From IMG/VR virus record IMGVR_UViG_3300044960_000113, positions 120,281 to 184,280 of that record: a stretch of DNA of 64,000 nucleotides. One strand, given 5' to 3'. Position numbers and translations under genes: made by a program. The notes under the pieces were generated by a model, which was not told the DNA's origin, made no database searches, and was given only the letters and a program-made list of their open reading frames with translations. The stretch comes from a virus. Below, one piece after another: positions 25,814 to 36,613 of this stretch; position 1 is the first letter of the stretch; every line of letters starts with the position of its first letter.

Positions 25814-26968
25814 TCATTTAGCTCTAAATTCAATTCTTTGTTCGGCTTTAATTTCTCTAATTTGATGATATGTTGTATTAGATGCATTACCGATATCAGA
25901 ATTATACAAATCATAAACTGGACACAAACGACAATCGTTGCAAATATGTGAATTGTCTTGTTTGATTAATTTATCCCTAAATTTACGTGTCTCATTTGCC
26001 ATCCAAACATCTTTGACAAAATCTTCTGCTTCAAGTACGTTAATACCTTCCCAACCTGGTTGATCTTCAGTAAATGAACAATGCCAATACACTCCATCTA
26101 CGTTAATATAGCTTGAGAACAATCCACTTTCACATGACTCAACCATTTGGACATACTTATCAAAATTCTTATCATACTTCATTGCTTGTAGAAAAATTGG
26201 AGCAGAACATGAATCGAAACCAATCTGTACTCCCATATCTAATGCATGATCAATTAAACCTTTATATTTTGCAACGTCTTTAACAATGTTCATTCCATTA
26301 CGTTTACCTTTTGGTTTAAGAGTTAGGAACATTACTGCTTTTAGATGATTTTTAAGTCGTTCATCATTAGCAGCATCTTCAATTAGGTGATGACATTTTT
26401 CTAATGTTTCTTCAGCAACAACTTGGTGAATATTACATTGAACAATACCTGCTTCATTCAGTTTAGCAATTGCGTTATAACAAACATCCTTATCATGATA
26501 TAAACTAACAGCAATTCCACCACAATATTTAGCAAGGATAGAAACCCATTCATCTGTCAAACCATAACCATTAATAGTAATATTTGGAATAATTCCATTT
26601 TCTCTACAATATTCAAACATCTTAACAAGATCAGGACAACTATCCATATCACCAATACCAAATGCAATTTGCGTCAATGTCTTTGGCATTTTATCTAAAA
26701 TAGATTTAAATGTTTCAAAAGACATGTACTCACCCTTTGGGGTATTTGATTTATAACAATGTTTACATGGACCTTGATCTGTACCAGAGCAGACCGTGGA
26801 TACTTCTAGATCTAGGATTTCCGGACCAAATGGAGACCATTTTGGATCATCATCAAACGTTTTACCCCAACGTGCAAAATAACCTGACACTTTATTAAAT
26901 CTAAAGTTATAATCGTCAGAGATAAGACTCTTAATGGTATCATTCTCAAAAATTTTAGCAGTTTTCAT
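25814..26968 (-). CDS. radical SAM protein with SPASM/twitch-like C-terminus
   Basis: C-SGTDQGP-CKHCY (expanded motif); CESGLFS...HCSF...CNDCRLCP. Confidence 0.85.
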   Translation of the reverse strand: MKTAKIFENDTIKSLISDDYNFRFNKVSGYFARWGKTFDDDPKWSPFGPEILDLEVSTVCSGTDQGPCKHCYKSNTPKGEYMSFETFKSILDKMPKTLTQIAFGIGDMDSCPDLVKMFEYCRENGIIPNITINGYGLTDEWVSILAKYCGGIAVSLYHDKDVCYNAIAKLNEAGIVQCNIHQVVAEETLEKCHHLIEDAANDERLKNHLKAVMFLTLKPKGKRNGMNIVKDVAKYKGLIDHALDMGVQIGFDSCSAPIFLQAMKYDKNFDKYVQMVESCESGLFSSYINVDGVYWHCSFTEDQPGWEGINVLEAEDFVKDVWMANETRKFRDKLIKQDNSHICNDCRLCPVYDLYNSDIGNASNTTYHQIREIKAEQRIEFRAK

Positions 26969-26970
26969 TT

Positions 26971-27303
26971 TTATTTTGATTTTATCATTACTTTATCAAT
27001 AGAAGCTTTAATAGCAGAATCAATAACAGCATCGACTGCTACACGTTCAGATTCATCAAAAAGTTTTTGATCTATAAATTTTGATTCAGATGGGTCATCT
27101 CCATCAATAAATTCATAACCTTTACGTATAACTAAACGAACACGTTTTTTTCCAGATAATGGCATTTTCTCATGTCGTACTTGTAATCGATTTCTCAACC
27201 AAGCATATCGTAATGCATGTTGTTTATACAAATTCAATAATTGCCATAATTCTTCTAATTCTTGAATATATTGCGATTCAGTTCTAAAATCCATTTTTCT
27301 CAA
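26971..27303 (-). CDS. hypothetical protein
   Basis: ORF track. Confidence 0.6.
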   Translation of the reverse strand: MRKMDFRTESQYIQELEELWQLLNLYKQHALRYAWLRNRLQVRHEKMPLSGKKRVRLVIRKGYEFIDGDDPSESKFIDQKLFDESERVAVDAVIDSAIKASIDKVMIKSK

Positions 27304-27556
27304 TCCTATTAACTCTTTCTAAAAATGTGTCTTCACCTGTGTCACCAGAATAAAGCCACTCCACTTCTTTCATTAGAGAAGAAATACGTCTTGCATCTTT
27401 TAAAATTTCATTCAGTTTATTGATAACTTCATCTGAATAATCATAATACGTTTCACCCCATTCATTTGCTGTTTTTCTATTTTCTATTTTCAATTCCAAC
27501 TCATCAGCAAATCTAGACACATACATATATGCATAATCAAATACACCACCACTCAT
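27284..27556 (-). CDS. hypothetical phage protein
   Basis: ORF track, GGAG RBS. Confidence 0.65.
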   Translation of the reverse strand: MSGGVFDYAYMYVSRFADELELKIENRKTANEWGETYYDYSDEVINKLNEILKDARRISSLMKEVEWLYSGDTGEDTFLERVNRIEKNGF

Positions 27557-27577
27557 AATATATCTCCTTCAATAATT

Positions 27578-27820
27578 TTAATTTTCTTTAATAACTTTTT
27601 CAATTTTATTTAAAATACGTGATTTAATTCTATAACTAATCATATCTGAAACAATATCTAATATAGTTCCTATTTTCTGAAAATCATTAAAGTTTTCTAA
27701 CTTAAAACTAAATTCTTGACTATTTACTACAAACGTAGCAATACCAGATAAATCATTTGGATCTGAAGATCCTTTCCATGATTCTTTAACTAATTCTCTA
27801 TTAATAGGTATATGTTTCAT
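27578..27820 (-). CDS. hypothetical protein
   Basis: ORF track. Confidence 0.55.
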   Translation of the reverse strand: MKHIPINRELVKESWKGSSDPNDLSGIATFVVNSQEFSFKLENFNDFQKIGTILDIVSDMISYRIKSRILNKIEKVIKEN

Positions 27821-28082
27821 AATTATACAAACTCCAACAAATCAAAAATATAATCTGGTTCTAAACCAAATTCTTCATAAAGAAGCTCTTCTGGATCAGA
27901 CATATCTTTTGTTGCATCTTTGATCCACTGAATGACTTCCTGCTCTGTCATATCTTCACGTTTCATTAATACTCGTACCATATTATTCATTATTTCCTCC
28001 ATTCGTAAACTTCACACATTCCATATTCACCTTCAAATTATCTCCAATGTAGATTATTTCCCATTATATCTTCCTTTGTGTT

Positions 28083-28157
28083 TGGTGGGCCCTCTCGGAT
28101 TTGAACCGACATATTTCGAATTATGAGTTCGGTATTTTATCATTAAATTGCAAACCC
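28083..28157 (-). tRNA. chimeric tRNA(CAT) whose 5' half lies inside the endonuclease ORF
   Basis: CCGAA-CTCATAA-TTCGA, T arm, CCA; weak acceptor GGGTTTG/AGGGCCC. Confidence 0.65.
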
Positions 28158-28789
28158 GCATATGTTCCATTTCGTATTTCGGCGATTTCTTTTTTCTTAA
28201 TAACTATTAATTTTCTTGGAAATTGTTGCCATTTTGCTCTATCTCTGTCTGTTTCGTATCCTTTAACCTCAATAAATACATCCAATTGTGGTAAATAAAA
28301 ATCTGGATAGTACTGTCTAATTCCATTCCATTCATATTCAAATGAATTAAAACACCTTTCTATAATTATAGATTTATTTAAGCAATATTCATAAAACTCA
28401 AGTTCCCATTTTCCAATAAATTTTAAACCATATTTTGTTATTTGTTTTGCTCTTCCTCTATTAGAAGATGTGTATGATTCTGGATTATTTTTAACAGCCA
28501 ACTTCATTGCCCTAGAATGTTGTTCTCTAAGAGCTTTTGTCCATATTCTATTTTTTCCACTTTTACCCATCTTTGCTCTTGATTCATCACTAATGAAAAC
28601 AGGAATTCCAGTTTCTTTAGCTTTTGTGAATTGATTAGAACCATGTCCTTTTCTAGAATGCATACTTTCATACCATTTATCACTTGGTCTTGGTACTTGT
28701 CTATTAGGATTATTTTTACAACGTCTCTCATGATTTTTTAGTGAATTAGAATTCTTACATTCTTTATAACAAAAATTACATAATAGCAT
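28121..28789 (-). CDS. putative homing endonuclease (Zn finger, NUMOD3-like, PD-(D/E)XK)
   Basis: CNFC...HERRC; YYPDFYLP...IEVKG; own TATAAATA (28814-28821) and RBS. Confidence 0.8.
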   Translation of the reverse strand: MLLCNFCYKECKNSNSLKNHERRCKNNPNRQVPRPSDKWYESMHSRKGHGSNQFTKAKETGIPVFISDESRAKMGKSGKNRIWTKALREQHSRAMKLAVKNNPESYTSSNRGRAKQITKYGLKFIGKWELEFYEYCLNKSIIIERCFNSFEYEWNGIRQYYPDFYLPQLDVFIEVKGYETDRDRAKWQQFPRKLIVIKKKEIAEIRNGTYAGLQFNDKIPNS

Positions 28790-28830
28790 AATATCTACCC
28801 TCCTTTTATATGCTATTTATAATTATATAG

Positions 28831-28864
28831 GAGTCCGCCGCTCTCACCGCTGAGCTAAAGACCC
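28831..28864 (-). pseudogene. orphan 5' half (nt 1-34) of a tRNA(CAT)
   Basis: GGGTCTTTAGCTCAGCGGTGAGAGCGGCGGACTC, ends at C34. Confidence 0.85.
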
Positions 28865-29348
28865 ATTTATTTATCGTTTAGTAATATTTAAATATGCATT
28901 AATTGGAAATAGAATCATTATCAATATTATAACCCCAATTGTATACCAATCTGCTTTATAAAGTTCGTTGCACCCCATCAATTGGCACCAATTTGTGTTA
29001 AATATAAAGCCTAGAATGAAACAAAAAATACACGATACATAAAAATATAAAAATCTCATTTTATAATTACCTATTATTAATGTTTTATTATATCATAAAT
29101 ATCAAATAATATTTTAGTTAATGCCTTATCAGAAAATTGTCGTTTTAAAGAATGAAATCCAGTATGTTGCATACATCTTTCAGATAGCTCGTTCTTAAAC
29201 AACATATAGCAATGTCCACCATCTGGATTTTTCTTATGATTACAAGTTTTGCAAGTATTCATATTACTGTGTCAGTTTAAAGAATTTGAATAGCTAATAG
29301 TTGTAATGGTGTTCACCGTTTATCCAATTTATTCTAAATCATCTATAA

Positions 29349-29660
29349 TTAATATTTTACCTTTTTAAAAATTTGAATTCTTTGTTTAAGTTCTTTAATC
29401 GATTCTCTTATTGGAGTATGTGCACCTTCATCATATTTAGGATTGCAATTATAAATTACATGTGAACAATTACGATCTCTCATTATAATTTCTTTTGCTT
29501 CATTATCAATCTCTAATTGCTGATGAACATTAATTATTTCGCCATCCAAAGCAGCAACATATTGTTCATCTATAAGAATAGGATTAATTTTAGTTTCGAC
29601 AAATTTTTTAACTGCTTGCCAACGCTTTTCGTATTTCTTACTGAGATCAATAGATGACAT
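29349..29660 (-). CDS. hypothetical protein
   Basis: ORF track. Confidence 0.6.
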   Translation of the reverse strand: MSSIDLSKKYEKRWQAVKKFVETKINPILIDEQYVAALDGEIINVHQQLEIDNEAKEIIMRDRNCSHVIYNCNPKYDEGAHTPIRESIKELKQRIQIFKKVKY

Positions 29661-29674
29661 TTTAATTCTCCAAT

Positions 29675-29893
29675 TTATCTATTATACCAAACTATATGAA
29701 AGATATTTTCAGATTTACATTTTTGTAAACATTCTTTCCAGTTTGATGGTAAAACTTTTCCAAACTTTTTATCATTTTTAATAAATTCTCCATAACCATC
29801 ATCATCTGTAATGGCTCCACACATAATTAAATTATGGAAATCTTCTATTGTATAGATTTCATCTTCGTATTCATATTCGTATTCGTTTATCAT
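29675..29893 (-). CDS. hypothetical protein
   Basis: ORF track. Confidence 0.55.
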   Translation of the reverse strand: MINEYEYEYEDEIYTIEDFHNLIMCGAITDDDGYGEFIKNDKKFGKVLPSNWKECLQKCKSENIFHIVWYNR

Positions 29894-29917
29894 AATTTTA
29901 TATTCCGTTTCAATTAT

Positions 29918-29994
29918 TGGCCTGCCCAGAGGGATTCGAACCCCCGACCAATAGCTTAGAAGGCTATTGCTCTTCCGGACTGAGCTATGGGCAG
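29918..29994 (-). tRNA. trnR: tRNA-Arg(TCT)
   Basis: ATAGC-CTTCTAA-GCTAT. Confidence 0.95.
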
Positions 29995-30151
29995 AATATT
30001 ATTAAACACTTTTGCTATAACAGCAATTAAGTTTTTTAATTGCTGTCATCATTTTTTTCCTTAAAAAGATCATTAATTAATAAAGAAATTGTTGGTGCAA
30101 CCATAAAACCAATAATCAAAATTGTAATTACATCAACATTTTCTAACATTT

Positions 30152-30691
30152 TTATTCAATTACAACTTCACCATTAGGATAAAATACAACAATTACACGT
30201 TGACCAGGTGCAAATGGAATAGTTGAACTAGCAATCACCTCTGTTTGCCCAGTCGAATCACGAACATATACATTATACATTTGAACCATTCGTTGAGAAC
30301 AAACTTGACGTTGTGTATATTGCATTGATGGAGGTACATACTGATATTGAGGATGATTATTGCTACTAATAGTATCACCAATTACTGATCCGGCGATCGC
30401 GCCCGCACCAGTTGCAGCAGCTTTTCCGGAACCTTTACCAAATCTGCTACCAACTAGTGCACCAATAACACCTCCAGTAATTGCACCGGTATATGAATGT
30501 TCTTGTTGATATTGGTTATAGCCATATTGTGGTTGTTGAATTGGAACATTTTCAACCCAACATTGATTGACCTGTCTTACAAAACTTGGTGTTGTCTGAA
30601 TAACATCACCTGAAATTCTACGGGTATATGTTTGTGCTAGTGTTGTGGAAACAAACAAAATCATCAATGTGATAAATGTGAAAATTTTCAT
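30152..30691 (-). CDS. exported glycine-zipper 2TM protein (YcfJ-like)
   Basis: Signal peptide; GAITGGVIGALVGSRFGKGSGKAAATGAGA. Confidence 0.85.
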   Translation of the reverse strand: MKIFTFITLMILFVSTTLAQTYTRRISGDVIQTTPSFVRQVNQCWVENVPIQQPQYGYNQYQQEHSYTGAITGGVIGALVGSRFGKGSGKAAATGAGAIAGSVIGDTISSNNHPQYQYVPPSMQYTQRQVCSQRMVQMYNVYVRDSTGQTEVIASSTIPFAPGQRVIVVFYPNGEVVIE

Positions 30692-31080
30692 TTTATATAC
30701 TCCTTTACGTGTTAAAATAATTCACTTAAATTTATTTATTAAATCAATCCATTCATCTTATTCCACATTTCTGCATATTCACGAGCATGAGTAAATGCGT
30801 AATCATCAGATTGTGGATCAAAACGCATAATCAAATTATTGCCTACAAACACGTTAGGTCCAATTGCTTCTGCTTTAGGGCGATCTTCTCCACAATAATA
30901 TTCTCCTTCTGGACAATCATCGACCAGGTCTCGCATAATTAATATCTCCTTTCATCATTGATTTATATGAATATATAATATCACATTTTTAGTAAAAAGT
31001 AAATATATAAAAATATGTATATAAATCAATAAATTATATTTATATACATTTGATCTTTATAATTATAAAGTTATTTTATA

Positions 31081-31887
31081 TTAAATATTAATCAATTTAT
31101 TAATATCAAATCCTCGTGTTATTGGATCTGTTTCATATCCTTCATATCCACGTGGGTTACAAACAACATGAGTATTACCAATAGTATATTCACATGACAT
31201 ATGTGTATGACCGTGAATGATAATATCTGGCTCATGTTTAAGAATTTCTTCTGTCATTTCAGAAGAAAAGAACATATTAAGTTTATTTTCCTTGTATATT
31301 GGATGAATTGATTTATTTGACACACCATGATGGACAACAACGACGGTTTTCTTTCCATCTTTTTTAAATTTATCAACTTCAGACCAAATAAAATTTTTGG
31401 CTAATTCATGATCATTCCATGTATCTTCAGCTAAAAATTTACGCTCAAAAGCAAAATTACCATTTCTAATAACACGTGCATCTGTCATTGTTTGTTGCCA
31501 TAAAATATGGGCAGATGGATTCTTTTTATCACAATCAGTCCATAATGTTGCACCAATGAAAGCAACATTATCAATAACAATTGATGATTTTTCTAAAATA
31601 GAAACGTTATAAATGTTATAATGATTCCATGCATTTCTAAATTTTTCTTCTGTTAATTGAAATGCACCATAATAATGTTCATGGTTACCAAAAATCATAA
31701 CAACGTGTTTAAATTGATTTGCACAGCGCGAAATAAATGGTAAAAATCTTTCATGAAGATGATTATCTTTATGAACAATACCAGTATCTCCAGCCAAAAC
31801 TAGAATTGTATTTTTGTCTTCTTGAGAATTTGGAATAATAAAATCACCAAATTCTAAATGAATATCTGATAATGGTTTAATTAACAT
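31081..31887 (-). CDS. calcineurin-like metallophosphoesterase
   Basis: SDIHLE, GD, GNHE, HH, HGHTH. Confidence 0.9.
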   Translation of the reverse strand: MLIKPLSDIHLEFGDFIIPNSQEDKNTILVLAGDTGIVHKDNHLHERFLPFISRCANQFKHVVMIFGNHEHYYGAFQLTEEKFRNAWNHYNIYNVSILEKSSIVIDNVAFIGATLWTDCDKKNPSAHILWQQTMTDARVIRNGNFAFERKFLAEDTWNDHELAKNFIWSEVDKFKKDGKKTVVVVHHGVSNKSIHPIYKENKLNMFFSSEMTEEILKHEPDIIIHGHTHMSCEYTIGNTHVVCNPRGYEGYETDPITRGFDINKLINI

Positions 31888-32199
31888 GTTTTTCCATCAA
31901 GCTACAATATTCGTCAATAATCTTTTTAGATTCGGTCAAAGAAACGTTAAAGGTTTTGTAATGTTTCAAAACAGCTTCAACTTTAAGACCAGCGTGAACA
32001 AGATCCTGCCAAGTATAGTCACTTTTCAAAAGTTCATCCTTAGCAGTATTATAAGCATGTTTAACAGCCTTAAACGTTTCGATATTCATCATCGCCTATG
32101 GTATATGGGTTAATATTGACATTATAACACAAAAATAAAGAAAAGTATATAAAATATTTATTTAATATTATTAATTTTTTTAATAAAGATAGTTAAAAT

Positions 32200-32510
32200 A
32201 AAATGCAAGCTGATTTGATGACAAGGACAGCTTGCGAAACCTCGTGGTGATTACGCTGCTAGGCGCATCTCTCCAAAATATTCATCATTTGCTGCATTTA
32301 TTTTAGTTTTGTCTTCTCAATAACGGCTTTAGACATTGCCGAGCGCCTTTTATTAGTACTAATCGTTACCACGTCGAAACCATATACCACCCCATATTAA
32401 AATTTTAATCTATTGGTGGAGTGGGCGGGAATCGAACCCGCGTCCGCAATAACTTTCCCTTATAAAAGGTTTACGCTGTTTTACTACATTTACACAAACG
32501 CCAATTTGTG
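32200..32510 (-). ncRNA. ssrA: two-piece (circularly permuted) tmRNA
   Basis: Acceptor piece ends GGGTTCGATTCCCGCCCACTCCACCA (32414); 20-nt spacer; coding piece starts GGGGTGG (32393) giving G3:U70; tag AANDEYFGEMRLAA* at 32295-32251; outer ends approximate. Confidence 0.92.
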
Positions 32511-32534
32511 TTCTTTATTTGTTATATTTATATT

Positions 32535-32563
32535 ATTATAATACAAAAAAATCAAAATGTAAA
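32535..32563 (-). promoter_or_regulatory. sigma70-like promoter TTTACA-N17-TATAAT for ssrA
   Basis: Exact spacing. Confidence 0.65.
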
Positions 32564-32710
32564 TATTAAAATTCTGCTACTGGTTTAAAACCATTTCTTC
32601 TAACGCTTTTTCTAGTTGAGAACTAGACATGTTCATTATAACTTTTTTAATATTATTTTCTACATCATTAACAAATTCTTTTAATAACATAATTAAATCC
32701 TCTTTAAAAA

Positions 32711-33397
32711 TTAATCGTCTGATGACCATTCATATGTAGTAAATTTTTTGTTTACCCAATCAATATTTACTGCAGTACCTGTTGAGTGTCCCCAACTATC
32801 TGGTTTAGAAGATTTAATAAATCCCGACAAATTAACCATTTTCTCAAAATCATTTTCATCTGGAACATTTTCAAACTTATTATCAATAAACCATTGTCTT
32901 AATTCTTTTGTTTTTTTATCATGTATTAATTGTGCTAAATTATCTTTAATTGCTTTTTTAGCTGCAGGTGGTAAACGTTTTTCTAAATCTATTGCTATTT
33001 TTTTAAAATAATCATCATAAAATTTAGTTTGTGCATCTTTAATTTCTTTAGCATATTTTTGCATATCTTCTGATTTTGATAAATCTTCGTCGTAAAACCA
33101 TTCTGCATTTTTTCCAGATGGTGATTTTCCTTTTATCATCCATACCATCTTACGAACATTACCATCTTTAACATATGATTTTGTTAAGCCTTTTGGTAAA
33201 ATTTGCCATTTATCGGGTGACACATTTATAATTGCATAACCTAAATTAGTTTTTACTTTAATAGCACGTTGTGGTGTTACTTTTGCGTAATTAACAATAT
33301 CCATTAAATCTATTTTTGGATAACTTTTATGCGTTGCCCATATTTGATCTTCATATGAAGATAATTGATATTCTGGAAAATTCCATATTCTAGACAT
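32711..33397 (-). CDS. hypothetical protein
   Basis: ORF track. Confidence 0.7.
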   Translation of the reverse strand: MSRIWNFPEYQLSSYEDQIWATHKSYPKIDLMDIVNYAKVTPQRAIKVKTNLGYAIINVSPDKWQILPKGLTKSYVKDGNVRKMVWMIKGKSPSGKNAEWFYDEDLSKSEDMQKYAKEIKDAQTKFYDDYFKKIAIDLEKRLPPAAKKAIKDNLAQLIHDKKTKELRQWFIDNKFENVPDENDFEKMVNLSGFIKSSKPDSWGHSTGTAVNIDWVNKKFTTYEWSSDD

Positions 33398-33454
33398 ATA
33401 TTATTTCCTTTTTTATTAAGTAACTTATATTAATTTCTAAAATTTTACTATTAT

Positions 33455-33883
33455 TTATAATAAATTTTTGATATTTTGATAAAATTTTTCATTATAATAA
33501 TAAATCCACAAATCTATGTCATTGCTAACATAATCCCAATGTCGTCCACTTGCGAAAGAAATAATATTAATAATTTCATCTAATTGTTTTATTTCATCAC
33601 CAATTTTATCATAATTATAATATTCTCTTGAATCAGTTTCAATTGGAATATTAATTAAATTCATTGTTAAACTTAATACAAAAATTTTATAGGCAACATT
33701 TTGTATTGCTTGAATATATCCTTTTTCTGATAATTTTTCAACAACACCAAGTTCGATGGCTCTATTTGAAACTTTTTTAAATTCTTTAGGATTATCCTTT
33801 ATTCTTTCAATAATTTTACAAACAATTTTATTTTCTTCATCAAATGGGTTTATGTCAAATTCTTCAAAAATATTATTATTCAT
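33455..33883 (-). CDS. hypothetical protein
   Basis: ORF track. Confidence 0.55.
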   Translation of the reverse strand: MNNNIFEEFDINPFDEENKIVCKIIERIKDNPKEFKKVSNRAIELGVVEKLSEKGYIQAIQNVAYKIFVLSLTMNLINIPIETDSREYYNYDKIGDEIKQLDEIINIISFASGRHWDYVSNDIDLWIYYYNEKFYQNIKNLL

Positions 33884-33895
33884 AAAATTTATTAT

Positions 33896-34711
33896 TTAAT
33901 CTAAACGTAGTGTTAAACATTTAGCACTTCCACCAGCCTTCATAAATTCAGACAATGAAGTTTCTACTATATTATAACCTATATCTGACATTTTTTGTTT
34001 AAAATATTTAGAACAACCTGAATTAACTATAATATTATTATTCACTTCAACAGCGTTACATACGAAATTATAAGCGTCTTCATCATTAACGCAAATTGCT
34101 TTATCTCCAAAAATTAAATCAATAATATAATTAGAATAATCATCAAAAGCTTTATCATAATATACCACATGACCAGATTGTAGTGGGCAAAAACATGTAT
34201 CTAAATGATAAAAATTATCTTTAATTAATCTTAATTGTCTAACTGTTATTTCATCACCATAAAATTCTTCTACATATTTTTTTGCATTAATAGATGAACG
34301 AAAACCAAAACCTAACCATGCTATAGGTCTAAACGGATCTAGTAAACAATCTCCAGCACCTTCAAATTTTATGTTTTCTGGAATTTCATAAATTGAATAT
34401 CCAACGTCATTTATCATCTTCTTTATATGTGGAATTTCTCTAGTTCGTTCTTCAAAGAAGAAATTAGATAATAAACATTTTTTATTTTTAACTATACCAT
34501 AATTTGCGGTAAAAACAATATCTGGTATAACATTATCATATATGTTAAAATAATATATTTCTGCGCCAGAATTTTCTAATTTAGAACGAAGAGTGATAAA
34601 TTCATTATATGCTTTTTCTGTATCAACATTATGTTGTTGATTATGCATCCATGGATTAATATCATAATTCACCTGATATGAATTATTCCAACACATTAAA
34701 AAATTAATCAT
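33896..34711 (-). CDS. amidinotransferase/DDAH-family guanidino-modifying enzyme
   Basis: PDIVFTAN, FEGAGD, FYHLDTCF, KAGGSAKCLTL. Confidence 0.88.
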   Translation of the reverse strand: MINFLMCWNNSYQVNYDINPWMHNQQHNVDTEKAYNEFITLRSKLENSGAEIYYFNIYDNVIPDIVFTANYGIVKNKKCLLSNFFFEERTREIPHIKKMINDVGYSIYEIPENIKFEGAGDCLLDPFRPIAWLGFGFRSSINAKKYVEEFYGDEITVRQLRLIKDNFYHLDTCFCPLQSGHVVYYDKAFDDYSNYIIDLIFGDKAICVNDEDAYNFVCNAVEVNNNIIVNSGCSKYFKQKMSDIGYNIVETSLSEFMKAGGSAKCLTLRLD

Positions 34712-35029
34712 TTTTAATACCCAATCTAAATTTAAATCCTCTATATATTCTTCATAAAATTTTAACTTTGTTTTTATTTGCTTTTATTTGTTTTATTCTC
34801 TTGAATTATTACACATGTTTTTATATTTATCTAATTGAATTTCTAATTTTCTAATTTTCTTATTAGCATTTATTAAATCATTATATCTTTCATCATATTC
34901 AACTATTAAGCGTGACAATTCATTATTATTAGCAATTAATTCTTGTCTTTCTTCATTGAGAAGATAAACAAAAATAGTCATAATGATAGAATAAAGTAAT
35001 AATATGTATTTCACGTATTTTTATATATA

Positions 35030-36457
35030 TTATTTTCTGTAATAAATGTCTTTAAAACGAATAATATCATCTTCACCAAGATATTCACCCATTTGAATTT
35101 CAATTATAATAAGATCAGACGAACCTGAGTTACTAAGACAATGAATTTCACCTATAGGAACAAATATAGATTCATTTTTATTTAAAAAAAATTCTTTATC
35201 ACCTTTAATTATTTTAGCAGTGCCCTGTACAACAACCCAATGTTCACTACGATAATTATGTTTTTGCAAACTTAATGATTCACCAGGTTTAATAATAAGT
35301 TGTTTTACTTTATAATTATTATTTTCTAATAAAATAGAATATGTACCCCACGGTCTATGTATAGTTCTATGAAATTTATAAGTTTCATGTCCTCTTGATT
35401 TAAGTTCATTATAAATTTTTTTGACGTTTTGCGATTTACTTTTAGATGTAATTAATAATGCATCTTGTGTATCTACAACTATAAGATTTTCAATACCAAT
35501 AGCTGCTATTAGTTTATTTTCACTGTTAAAATAACAGTTTTCAACATTATCTAATATAACTTCTCCAACAATTTGATTACCATTTACATCACGGTCAACT
35601 AAACTACTAAATTCTGCCCAAGAACCTACGTCTTGCCAACCAATATCGCATTTAATGACAGTTGCTTTTTGTGTTTTTTCCAAAATAGCGTAATCAATAG
35701 AATTTTCTGGAACTTTATTAAAATTTTCACTATCGAGTTCGCAAAATGTAAAATTTTCATCCTGAATAATTTTTGAATTTATCAAACATTCATTTACTGT
35801 TTCTAATATTATAGGACAATATTTATTCATCTCTTCAAACATAATAGATGCTTTAAAACACAGCATTCCGGAATTCCATAAAAAATTATCGTTTTTTATA
35901 AAAGATGTTGCTGTAAGAATATCTGGTTTTTCTATAAAACGTATTACTTTATTATTTTCTTCATTTACTTCAATATAACCATATTCAGTTTTTGGACTAT
36001 CTGGTTTAATTCCAAATAATACTAAATTATCTTATTCTGCTAATGTAATTGCGCGTTTGATTGCATCAATATGATTTATTTTATTTTGAATTAAATGATC
36101 AGAATTTAAAATAATTAAAATTGAATTTTCATTTTCTTTAATTAAATATAACGTTGCTGCAGCTATTGCTGCTGCTGTGCCACGACCAAATGGCTCTAAT
36201 ATAAATGATAGTGGTATTTTATTATAGTTAATATTTTTATATTCATCCTTTATTTTAAATAATAATTCTCTATTAGTAATAGTAAATATTTTAGAAATAT
36301 TAGGAATTATTGATGCATTAAAAAATGCTTTTTGTAATAAACTTTGACCATCATTTAATTTAATAAACGGTTTTGGGTACATTTCACGTGAAATTGGCCA
36401 TAATCTAGAACCAACACCACCACATAATATAATTGGAATTAAAGGATAATTTTGCAT
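35030..36457 (-). pseudogene. manC: mannose-1-phosphate guanylyltransferase/isomerase with one in-frame TAA at 36032-36034
   Basis: GGVGSRLWPISR...PKPF; reading through the stop gives LVLFGIKP...YGYIE...WNSG; HRPWG cupin domain. Confidence 0.88.
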
Positions 36458-36613
36458 ACTTTATATTTAAAAACATGTGACTATTTTTTATTTAATATAA
36501 AAAATATTTTTAAAATTGATTCAATCTAAAATGAATTTTGGAATATTTATATATAAAAATAATTTTTATTTAAAACACGCAAAAACGTTTATAAATAATT
36601 TTATTCATAAATA

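Noticed and set aside
28125-28830. Self-splicing intron in the tRNA(CAT)
   Set aside because: No group I or II core elements are visible; the insert is only a promoter, RBS and ORF.
36032-36034. Stop-codon reassignment suggested by the in-frame TAA in manC and the TCA pseudo-tRNA
   Set aside because: All other long genes are open in the standard code, TAA and TGA both end genes normally, and no intact suppressor tRNA is present.
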